From the NCBI GenBank assembly GCA_048938295.1, contig JBHLMI010000003.1, positions 90,001 to 122,000 of the forward strand: DNA of 32,000 nucleotides, written 5' to 3'. Shown one piece after another: positions 1 to 7,920 of this stretch; within the stretch, counting starts at the first letter, position 1; every line of letters starts with the position of its first letter. The notes under the pieces were generated by a model. It had not been told where the DNA came from. It made no database searches and worked only from the letters and a program-made list of their open reading frames with translations. The position numbers and the translations under genes were made by a program. Origin of the DNA: Promethearchaeota archaeon. GTDB taxonomy: Archaea > Asgardarchaeota > Hermodarchaeia > Hermodarchaeales > Hermodarchaeaceae.

Positions 1-2228
1 TGAGGAACTCCGAGTGTGACGGCTTCCCAGTCAGTTCCTCCATTGGCTGAAAGTTCCCAACCAATCGTAGTATCTGTGGGGAGCATGGCCGTCATAGTGA
101 CTGTTGCTTCCACGATGACTTCAGTGGTCGAGTCCACTGCCAATGATTGGGCGACCGAACCGCCGGTGTTGTAGGAACTTGCGATACTCTCAAAGAATTG
201 GTAGATTTCGAGAGAACCCCGGCTAGCCACATAGACATAATCTCCGTGCGTAATGAGCTGCGTGGCATGGGAGCCTGCTAAGGCTGTGCGGATGACTGGT
301 GTATTGTAAATGTTAGTAGCATCGAAGAGGCTGATACCAGCGGTGTTGTTAGCGATGAACATGTAAGGCCCGAAACCCCACGTTCCAAGAGCAATATCGG
401 TGCTAGGGTTGGCAACTGACCATGTGATACTATACGGATCTGTCATGTTGTAAACAACGGCGAAGCCAACATCTGTGACGTATGCAATATCTCCATCAAC
501 GTAGATGCTGGTATGGTTTTGTGTCATGGAGAGTATATCGGTTGGTACGATGTTGGATAGGTCTGTGAGATCGAAGACAGCGATATTCGAATCAGATGAA
601 GGGGTATTGGAAACGGCGTATAGATGATGCCCCTGGACCCATACTGATGTCACATTGGGTACTGTGCCTAAATCGTAATAGCTAAGGAGAGTGGGACCAG
701 CAAACGGATTGGACGCATTTAACAGATATACCCCATAGGTACCATCTGCGACGAATATGACATCGCCGGCGACGGCAACATCATATGGATAGCTCAGTGT
801 ATAGGTACTCAGGTATTGGAGATTCGATGGATCAGAGATGTCATAGACGCGAACACCTCCAAAGGGGGCGTCGCATACAAAAGCCAAGTGGCCTTGGATA
901 TCTAGGCGGCGATAGAACCGTCCAGGTGCAGTGGTATGATTATCGAGGTAGACTGGATGGGCGGGATCACTAATATCAACGGAGAGAAGCCCACTTTCGC
1001 CAGCGGCGATGAACGCCACGTTGCCTTGGATTCTGATATCGTTGTAATCATATCCGCCAGCAATGCTGCCAATGTGAGCGAGGCTAGGTGTGAGGTTCCC
1101 CACCCGATATGTAAGTACACCAGTGTCTGCTCCAACGACGAGAACACCCGCATACAAATCGAGATCCCAGACCATGGGAATACCTATCGTAGCGATGTGA
1201 GTGGGATGAGCGGGACTGGTTACGTCGATAATTTGGACACCACCAGTTTCGTCTGCGACGAAGAGCGTGTTGCCATGAAGCGCTAAACGGCGTGCATTTC
1301 CGGGAGTATCAATACTTCCAATGATACTGATATCAAAAGGATTTGTAACATCGACAACTTGGACACCGCTAGGACCATCAGCCACATAGGCGATTGGACC
1401 ATCGATGAGAACATCTGTTGCGTTTCCGGGCGTATCAACGAAATCAGGTTCGTAGACAACATAGGGATTTGATACGTTGCAAAGATAGAGCCCGTACTCG
1501 CTTTCGGCAAGATAAGCGATCTGTCCATCAATAGCAATTCCACGAGTCGTTACTGAATTCCAAACTGATGGCAATAGGACAGGATTCAGTGGATCTTCAA
1601 AGTCAATAATGCGAAAGGCATGAGTGGAGCCAGATCCAACTGCCGTGGCAAAGACGAAATGGCCTTGCACTTCAATATCGGTGGTCATCCCATCGAGAAA
1701 AACTGTTCCAAGGAAAGTCGGGCCTAAAGCATAATGATAGGGATTAGAGACATTGTACCGTGCAACTCCACCTGAATATCGTCCGGCGTAGAAGATGTCA
1801 CCGTCAATTCTGGCACAAATCAGATCACTCAAGGAAGTTCGTGATGACATAACCTCAAGATTCGTTGGATCTGTAATATTGAGGATCCTGTTGCTGTTTG
1901 CCAAGGCTCCATAGTGTACATAGTAGACCTTACGGCCTTGGACATCCACTCCCATCACTGGATAAGTGGTCGTGAAGTTATCGAGCAGTGTAATTGTATA
2001 TTGGCGTTCGCTCGTGATAGTACCCATTCCCCATCCAGCAGCAGTAGAGGCTCCACTATCAAAGAATGTAGTGGTCAAGAAATCCTCCGAATAGCCACTG
2101 GTCGTTCCGGGGACTGGGATAATAGTAGCAAGTGATGTCATTTGTGGGTCACTAGATACTGCTGCGAAAAAGATCAATGCAAATATAGCTAAAGCTATGA
2201 AAATGCGTGATTTACGAGGAAAATTCAT
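1..2228 (-). CDS. Secreted LVIVD-repeat (beta-propeller) surface protein, paralog 1; 3' end beyond window start (about 742 aa visible)
   Basis: Translated by hand from ATG at 2228: MNFPRKSRIFIALAIFALIFFAAVSS (signal peptide), then IPVPGTTSGYSEDF...AGWGMG and many LVIVD-type repeats (e.g. GVQVVDVTNP, GVQIIDVTSP, GLLSVDISDP, GVRVYDISDP). The frame is open to base 3 (...WELSANGGTDWEAVTLGVP) and is collinear with 3119..5851. Absent from the ORF track because it has no stop in the window. Confidence 0.9.
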   Translation of the reverse strand, partial: MNFPRKSRIFIALAIFALIFFAAVSSDPQMTSLATIIPVPGTTSGYSEDFLTTTFFDSGASTAAGWGMGTITSERQYTITLLDNFTTTYPVMGVDVQGRKVYYVHYGALANSNRILNITDPTNLEVMSSRTSLSDLICARIDGDIFYAGRYSGGVARYNVSNPYHYALGPTFLGTVFLDGMTTDIEVQGHFVFATAVGSGSTHAFRIIDFEDPLNPVLLPSVWNSVTTRGIAIDGQIAYLAESEYGLYLCNVSNPYVVYEPDFVDTPGNATDVLIDGPIAYVADGPSGVQVVDVTNPFDISIIGSIDTPGNARRLALHGNTLFVADETGGVQIIDVTSPAHPTHIATIGIPMVWDLDLYAGVLVVGADTGVLTYRVGNLTPSLAHIGSIAGGYDYNDIRIQGNVAFIAAGESGLLSVDISDPAHPVYLDNHTTAPGRFYRRLDIQGHLAFVCDAPFGGVRVYDISDPSNLQYLSTYTLSYPYDVAVAGDVIFVADGTYGVYLLNASNPFAGPTLLSYYDLGTVPNVTSVWVQGHHLYAVSNTPSSDSNIAVFDLTDLSNIVPTDILSMTQNHTSIYVDGDIAYVTDVGFAVVYNMTDPYSITWSVANPSTDIALGTWGFGPYMFIANNTAGISLFDATNIYNTPVIRTALAGSHATQLITHGDYVYVASRGSLEIYQFFESIASSYNTGGSVAQSLAVDSTTEVIVEATVTMTAMLPTDTTIGWELSANGGTDWEAVTLGVP

Positions 2229-2280
2229 ATTATCCCTTCGGAAAATCGGTAGCTCTTCTATATGACTGGCAGCATAAAAA
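2229..2280 (-). promoter_or_regulatory. Putative TATA box (TTTTTATG, 2280-2273) and RBS (GAAGGGA, 2239-2233) of LVIVD paralog 1
   Basis: Motifs read on the minus strand about 52 and 4 nt upstream of the ATG; same layout as upstream of paralog 2. Confidence 0.5.
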
Positions 2281-2475
2281 TATGTTCGCTAAACTCTTTC
2301 GAAGCTAAATAGAGTAAATGGAAGAAGCTAATTCAAAAATCTCTGGAATACACAGAAGTTTCTGAAAATGAATTTTTCGTAGCACGACATATGAAAGCTA
2401 TGGAGAATTAATCCACAGCTGTTTATAGGCATCTGTAATACCTAGAATGTTTAGAGCAACTTAGATGAGATTTTC

Positions 2476-2691
2476 ATGATGAGAAAATGGGGTTATGCAT
2501 GGCTCGTAGTGACGGGATTTTTCATTACTGTAGGTATAGGGATAGCTCTAGAAGGTCATATCTTTGCTGAACGAACCTTTTACATCGGAACCCTTGTGGA
2601 GATATTTGGTATGGTGCTGATCATCATATTGAATTCTGCAATTATGATACGGAGCAGCCTGGAACCTTCGTTGCTAAAAACTGATAAATAG
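2476..2691 (+). CDS. Small membrane protein (71 aa, two hydrophobic segments), hypothetical
   Basis: Two long hydrophobic stretches (WLVVTGFFITVGIGIAL; IGTLVEIFGMVLIIILNSAIMI); TATA-like GTTTATAGG about 50 nt upstream. Confidence 0.55.
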   Translation: MMRKWGYAWLVVTGFFITVGIGIALEGHIFAERTFYIGTLVEIFGMVLIIILNSAIMIRSSLEPSLLKTDK

Positions 2692-2717
2692 ATTGACAGG
2701 ATAAGGAGGTGATTCAA

Positions 2718-2918
2718 TTGGCAGTAGCAGCTTATGCAGCATGGGTATTGGAGCGTACTAAAAAGACACTCAAAGAAGCGGGAGCCATTTCTGAAGAGAC
2801 TGCTAAAACACCCAAAGAACTCAAACTTGATGAAAAGTGGCTGAAAATGAGTGTCAATACAATCATACCTTCTGGTGTCGTTGCAACAAAGGACGAAAGA
2901 TATTATCTAACTAGCTAG
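2718..2918 (+). CDS. Small hypothetical protein (about 66 aa), possible winged-helix-like fold
   Basis: The ORF track starts at GTG 2709, but that GTG lies inside a strong RBS (GGAGGTGA), so the in-frame TTG at 2718 is the likelier start. The pattern LKEAGAISEETAKTPKEL...G.V...RYYL resembles small archaeal wHTH-like proteins. Confidence 0.6.
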   Translation: MAVAAYAAWVLERTKKTLKEAGAISEETAKTPKELKLDEKWLKMSVNTIIPSGVVATKDERYYLTS

Positions 2919-3118
2919 ATTCTAGTTGACTCAGGTTAATCAATGAGAGGTGCTTTCCGAGATTTTTCTCCAGTTTGTAACTACCTAGTATATTTTTTTA
3001 TTTTTCTTGAAAGGTTTTTTATTATTCAGAATAATCTTCGTTTTCTATGGAGTATCTTTTCGAATTTGCCTGGTTCATTTTATAAACATGAATTAGAAAA
3101 GGGAATAGGGAAGCGTGG

Positions 3119-5851
3119 TCACCGCTTCCTGCGTCGATAGAGGATTCCACCTGAAAGGGCAATAATCGTACCTAGAGCTATAGCTGCGACGGGGAAGCCT
3201 GGAATCGGAGGTGGAGGAGGTAAGCCACCGGTGATGGTGATGTCTTCCACGTTACTCCAGGGTCCGAGTGCTCCATCATTATCGATGGCACGTACACGGA
3301 AGTAAAAGATCCCTGATGTGATTGCAGTTACGTTGTAGTTGGTTGAAGTTGTGGGGTAGGTAGCCAGTATAACAGTAAAGCTAGGATTATTCGAACTTTG
3401 GAGTTGATAGCTGTCTACGGTTCCATCGGGGTCAGTGGCTGCAGACCAGCTGACCATGATATTCCCGGCTGGTAAATCGGTTCCAGGATCAGTGAGAACG
3501 GGTGCTGTGGGTGGTTGGGTGTGAGTGTAAGCGATGGTGATATTATAGACATGAGCACCGTGGTCATTACGGCTTGTGGAGATTTCTGCACGGAACCGTA
3601 GATCTGAGCCCTGGGTAGCAAAGGCATGCAACACACCTGGGGTAACAGATTCCCAGGTGGTTCCTCCATCAGCTGAAAGCGACCAAGCGACGCTAGTTCC
3701 TACGGGGATATAACTGGTTTGCGTGAGTGTTGCACTCACAATCGTCTCTGTTGTAACGTCAATAGTTGTAGATTGGGCAATCGTGTTTCCCGTTGTGTAA
3801 TGGTATCCTGAGCTGGTATAGATGCGGCAGATGTGAAGACTATTATTGTTGGCGATGTAGGCGAAGTCACCATCAATAGTGACAGCGACGGCGGTGGTTG
3901 TACCTGTATATCGGCCTATTATTTTCATGTAATCGATATCTGATGTGTCCCACAGATAGGTGCCATTACCATTCATGGCATAGAGTGCATAGGGACCATA
4001 TCCCCAGACACCCCGTGCATCCCAACCTGTGGAGTTGGCAATTGTGTCACCGATTTGTATATTATTGGGGTTAGTGACATCGGCGGACCACACCCAAAAT
4101 TCATCTGCACCGAGGAGATAGTTGCCGTCCACATAGAGATCTCTATGGGTTACGACGGACCATTCTGAGTCAGCTAAGACTATATTGGTGTGATCAGTGA
4201 CATCGAAAGCGTAAATCCCATCTCCGGCTTCGTTGTGGGTAACTACATAGCAATATTGCCCCTGAACAGCAACTGCTGTCGCGTTCGCACCACCAATGCT
4301 AACAAAGTCCTGTAAGGTGGGAGTGAAGGGGTTCGATATGTTCACGATGTAAAGGCCATAAGTTCCATCTGCCACATAAGCTATGTCTCCAGCAACGGCA
4401 ACATCTGTAGCTTCACTTAATGACCGTTTACCGAGGTAGCGAAGATTAGCAGGTTCTGAGATGTCGTAGATTTGTAGCCCCCCACCACTTCCATAATCAG
4501 CGACGAAGACTTTGTGTCCTTGTATGTCCAATTTTCTGTAGGACCTACCAGAACCTGTGACATGTTCATCGAGATAGGATGGATTAGCAGGATCGGAGAT
4601 ATCAACCGAAAGAAGTCCGGAAGCACCAGCGGCGATATAGGCCACATCATCTTGAACCCGAACATCGAAAACATCGTAGCCTCCTGAATAGGTGCCCCAA
4701 TGTTCAGGGATTTGGATGCCAGCACCAAGTGATAGCGTATGGACTCCGAGCCCGGTACCAATTACTACATAGGGACCATACAGGCTAACATCGTATGTAT
4801 CTGCAAAGTCGATACTATCAACGAAGGTCGGATGGGTGGGATCAGCCACATCGAGGACAACCAAGCCACCAGTATAATCTGCAACGTACAAAGTGTTGCC
4901 GTGCAAAGCGAGGCGTCGCGCAATTCCCGCTGTATTATAAGCTCCAAGTGGAACAGGACCTGATGGATCACTGACATCGAAGATAGCAACACCAGCACTG
5001 CCACCGGCTAAATAGGCTAGGTTACCATCGACTAAGACATCATAGACTTCCCCAGCTGTTGGAGTGGTACTTATGAATGAACCACCATCATAGGGTGTGG
5101 TGAAATTCCAGATGATAAGACCACCACCAGCATGTGCCATGTAGATTAGATCCCCATCAATTTCCAACCCATAAAGGGGATAGGATTCACTTGATAGGGC
5201 ATACACCTCAACCATGTTAGCGGGATCTTCAACATCATAGACGTGGATAACATCATTAGGATAGTCGAGAGCAACGTAGAGAAAGTGCCCTTGAATTTCA
5301 ATGTCGAAAATGATTCCTTCTGCTACGTTAACATTATCTAATTCAACAGGGCTGGATGGATTACTTACATCCCATGAACGCAGATAAGAGCCCTCATTCC
5401 CAAGATATACAACAGGGCCATTCGGTTCGGAAGCGGTGATATAGGAGGCAGGGTTTCCGTAGCCAATTCGAACAAGATTGGTTGGATCTGTGATATTGAG
5501 AATATCCAATGCCCAAACGCCTGTGGATTTGTAATTCATAGCATAAATTTTACGACCATGCACATCTAATGTGTGAACTGGATAAAGTGTGTAATTGTCA
5601 AGGGACTCAAGCTGATAGTCTCTTGGGCTTGTGAGTGTGCCCATACCCCAGCCCTGGGCTGTAGTAGCACCACCATCACGAAAAGTCTGAGAGCCAAAAT
5701 CCTCTGCATAGGAAGTGGTTGTGCCAGGAACTGGTACCATTAAGCTATTGGCTCCAGAAGCCGGAATTGTGGGCTGGAAAAGAAAGGTTGCCATCGGAAC
5801 GAAAGCAACCAGAAGTAGTAATACAACTAGAGCCTTGTTATTTCGTACCAC
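3119..5851 (-). CDS. Secreted LVIVD-repeat surface protein, paralog 2, with FN3 domain and PGF-CTERM-like C-terminal anchor (910 aa)
   Basis: Signal peptide (MVRNNKALVVLLLLVAFVPMA); more than 10 LVIVD repeats (GVAIFDVSDP, GLVVLDVADP, GLQIYDISEP, GLYIVNISNP); FN3-like segment (VSWSAATDPDG...YFRVRAIDNDGALGPWS); tail PPPPPIPGF + transmembrane helix + RRRKR; many N-x-S/T sequons. Confidence 0.92.
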   Translation of the reverse strand: MVRNNKALVVLLLLVAFVPMATFLFQPTIPASGANSLMVPVPGTTTSYAEDFGSQTFRDGGATTAQGWGMGTLTSPRDYQLESLDNYTLYPVHTLDVHGRKIYAMNYKSTGVWALDILNITDPTNLVRIGYGNPASYITASEPNGPVVYLGNEGSYLRSWDVSNPSSPVELDNVNVAEGIIFDIEIQGHFLYVALDYPNDVIHVYDVEDPANMVEVYALSSESYPLYGLEIDGDLIYMAHAGGGLIIWNFTTPYDGGSFISTTPTAGEVYDVLVDGNLAYLAGGSAGVAIFDVSDPSGPVPLGAYNTAGIARRLALHGNTLYVADYTGGLVVLDVADPTHPTFVDSIDFADTYDVSLYGPYVVIGTGLGVHTLSLGAGIQIPEHWGTYSGGYDVFDVRVQDDVAYIAAGASGLLSVDISDPANPSYLDEHVTGSGRSYRKLDIQGHKVFVADYGSGGGLQIYDISEPANLRYLGKRSLSEATDVAVAGDIAYVADGTYGLYIVNISNPFTPTLQDFVSIGGANATAVAVQGQYCYVVTHNEAGDGIYAFDVTDHTNIVLADSEWSVVTHRDLYVDGNYLLGADEFWVWSADVTNPNNIQIGDTIANSTGWDARGVWGYGPYALYAMNGNGTYLWDTSDIDYMKIIGRYTGTTTAVAVTIDGDFAYIANNNSLHICRIYTSSGYHYTTGNTIAQSTTIDVTTETIVSATLTQTSYIPVGTSVAWSLSADGGTTWESVTPGVLHAFATQGSDLRFRAEISTSRNDHGAHVYNITIAYTHTQPPTAPVLTDPGTDLPAGNIMVSWSAATDPDGTVDSYQLQSSNNPSFTVILATYPTTSTNYNVTAITSGIFYFRVRAIDNDGALGPWSNVEDITITGGLPPPPPIPGFPVAAIALGTIIALSGGILYRRRKR

Positions 5852-5911
5852 AGGATATCCCTCACGGAAAAGTGGTATGAAATATTATTGAATAGGTTTC
5901 ATAAAAACCTA
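5852..5911 (-). promoter_or_regulatory. Putative TATA box (TTTTTATG, 5907-5900) and RBS (TGAGGGA) of LVIVD paralog 2; TATA nested in inverted repeat TAGGTTT-N5-AAACCTA
   Basis: Motifs read directly; 7-bp perfect inverted repeat at 5893-5911. Confidence 0.5.
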
Positions 5912-5918
5912 CGCTGGA

Positions 5919-5955
5919 GGCTTTTCCCTTGCTAACTCATCAAATGAGAAAAGCC
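5919..5955. terminator. Possible hairpin between the 180-aa gene and the LVIVD-2 promoter
   Basis: GGCTTTT...AAAAGCC outer stem with inner CTCAT-CAA-ATGAG stem; one-sided bulge. Confidence 0.25.
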
Positions 5956-5968
5956 AATTTGTATGGCG

Positions 5969-6511
5969 TTAACTGCACTTGATGGCAGGTTCAAGATGCC
6001 GGCGAAATTCATTAGTTAGTTCGCCAACAATGTTCTTGATCTCCCCTCGAAGGTCGAAGCGACGATCAGCAAAATACTCGGCGAGTAAGGCTTCTAATTG
6101 GAGAATGCTTTTGGTGAGGACTTCGTGTTCATCGAGCCCCCCTTCAGCGAGGAGTTCCCAGTATCCGTCAGTGAAGGCACTCAAGAAGGCGCTCAGGGTA
6201 TGAGGGTCTTGTTGTTGAGCGATGTGAAGGGCTTCGAGGGCATTCGAAAATGTGATGCTCGCCCGTCGGTCTAGCGGTAAATCGGCGATGGTTTCACAAA
6301 GCATACCATCGATAAAGGTACGACCCCGACAATCCTCCAAGTGGGCGCTGTGGGGTTCGAGGGTGCAGTGACTGAGCACAGACATATCGTAGAAAGGGCA
6401 TTCACCTGGAGGGGATGTATGCTTCTCCATGATGGTCTCGATGCGCTTCCGGTGGTGGAAGAGCTTGAGAAGTTCACGCGCTGCTTCTATTCGCTTAAGC
6501 TCCCTTGGCAT
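5969..6511 (-). CDS. Hypothetical protein (180 aa) with N-terminal four-Cys cluster and helical C-terminal part
   Basis: Clean ORF filling the gap in a minus-strand gene run; motif CPFYD-x6-CTL-x9-CRG-x8-CE. Confidence 0.75.
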   Translation of the reverse strand: MPRELKRIEAARELLKLFHHRKRIETIMEKHTSPPGECPFYDMSVLSHCTLEPHSAHLEDCRGRTFIDGMLCETIADLPLDRRASITFSNALEALHIAQQQDPHTLSAFLSAFTDGYWELLAEGGLDEHEVLTKSILQLEALLAEYFADRRFDLRGEIKNIVGELTNEFRRHLEPAIKCS

Positions 6512-6606
6512 AATTTGACATCCTACCCTCGATTGGTAGCCTGCAAGCCGACTGATTCTTGGAGATTCTCGAATTTAAACCCTTTGATATCTTCAAGTAT
6601 CTATTC

Positions 6607-7920
6607 TTAGAGCTTACGGTCTCGAAGACCTAGCGCTCTCCGAACTTTTGACAGTTTTTTGGTGTAGAAAAGGAGGAAAAATATCGGAACGAGGATGATG
6701 AAGTTGTGATGCCAAATGCCTGCAGGTGCCCCGAGTAGAAATAAGGTCATGCTAATCACACTATATAATATACTCTCATCGTAATTGGGTCGATGAAGAA
6801 CTTGAATCAGCAGGATAACTGTGATGATAAGAGCGACAGCGCTAAATACAGTGCTAATACGAATACCAGCAGGTGGAAATACACCTCGTGTGGCAATTTG
6901 TAATGGATCCCCGATTCCAACCCATAAGTCAGGAGGGATTGTTGCTAGACCCAGACTCGCCCAAATACTGTTAGCCACAATCCAATAAACGTTAAAGATA
7001 ACCGCAGGGATGGAACCGGTCCAGCTCCACCACGATTGGATATGCAGTGGCCAAGGTTCATATCCGCGACCAAATTGCTCAAGTAAAAGGTCATTAACCA
7101 TAGCCCAATGTCTAAGAGGATTATTATGAACAAGGGCCTCCAACGATGCCCATAACTGAAAAGCGCCAAAGATCGCAACGGCAGGCAGAACTCCAAGGAT
7201 CCATTTGCGATAACTGCGGAAATGGTAAGCTATGGCGAAGAGCAGGAGGAGCCCGATGTACTGATAGGTGATAGCCCCGATACCTAGCCAGAAAACGGAC
7301 CAGAAAGGATCCTTCCATTTTTCGTATCCCATCCATAAAAGGAACAGAACGATCGTCATATGAGTGACGAAATCTAAGGTGACCATGATCGGGTTAATCC
7401 ACACGAAGAGAGCCGCCAATCGATTGTCACTTCGCATCATCCGGTCGAAGAGCAGAAAACCGAAGAAGCCATGTAGGATCATGAAGCTGGGTTGGAAATC
7501 CATACAACCAGCCAAGTCAAAGGAGTAAGGGTAAATCATAGCAGGAATATGAAAGAGTAGGCTTCCAGGGCCATAATTGATGAAGTTTTGATAATATAGG
7601 TCACAAGGACCCTCCGCTAGGGCGGTGAGCCAATAATCCCGATTATAGGGATTCAATCCGCTGAACATATAATTGAGCCCTTGGGTGAGAAGTTCGTTCA
7701 TATCATTGACATCAGGAAAGGTAGGGTTGATACTAGCAATGTAAAGAATTAGAATGAGGGTGAGGAGCCGAATGAAAATACCAGCCCCGATCTCTTTCCA
7801 CCACTGCCGATATAGCTGAAAACTATCCACGATATACACACTAATTCGTTGAACCATGGATGGCTTAGCATCGGGATAGGATGGCAAGACTGGTTCAGTC
7901 TCTTTTGAAGATTCGTTCAT
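6607..7920 (-). CDS. Polytopic GT-C superfamily glycosyltransferase (GT87/DUF2029-like), 437 aa
   Basis: About 10 hydrophobic segments; first external loop DVNDMNEL...GLNPY...FINYGPGSLLF, the acidic-loop / GxNPY / YPP-like signature of GT87/DUF2029 proteins; start overlaps the upstream gene stop (ATGA). Confidence 0.72.
   Translation of the reverse strand: MNESSKETEPVLPSYPDAKPSMVQRISVYIVDSFQLYRQWWKEIGAGIFIRLLTLILILYIASINPTFPDVNDMNELLTQGLNYMFSGLNPYNRDYWLTALAEGPCDLYYQNFINYGPGSLLFHIPAMIYPYSFDLAGCMDFQPSFMILHGFFGFLLFDRMMRSDNRLAALFVWINPIMVTLDFVTHMTIVLFLLWMGYEKWKDPFWSVFWLGIGAITYQYIGLLLLFAIAYHFRSYRKWILGVLPAVAIFGAFQLWASLEALVHNNPLRHWAMVNDLLLEQFGRGYEPWPLHIQSWWSWTGSIPAVIFNVYWIVANSIWASLGLATIPPDLWVGIGDPLQIATRGVFPPAGIRISTVFSAVALIITVILLIQVLHRPNYDESILYSVISMTLFLLGAPAGIWHHNFIILVPIFFLLFYTKKLSKVRRALGLRDRKL

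Noticed and set aside
785-2135. Short ORFs in the track (785..973, 902..1153, 936..1286, 1283..1543, 1914..2135)
   Set aside because: All are shadows of the long minus-strand LVIVD gene (1..2228), which the track missed.
2290-2410. Recurrent AAGCTA hexamer in the LVIVD-1 upstream region
   Set aside because: Irregular spacing, short, AT-rich context; compatible with chance.
2943-3140. 65-aa plus-strand ORF
   Set aside because: AT-rich, Phe-rich low-complexity translation of the T-rich 3' region of the LVIVD-2 gene; overlaps its stop; no RBS.
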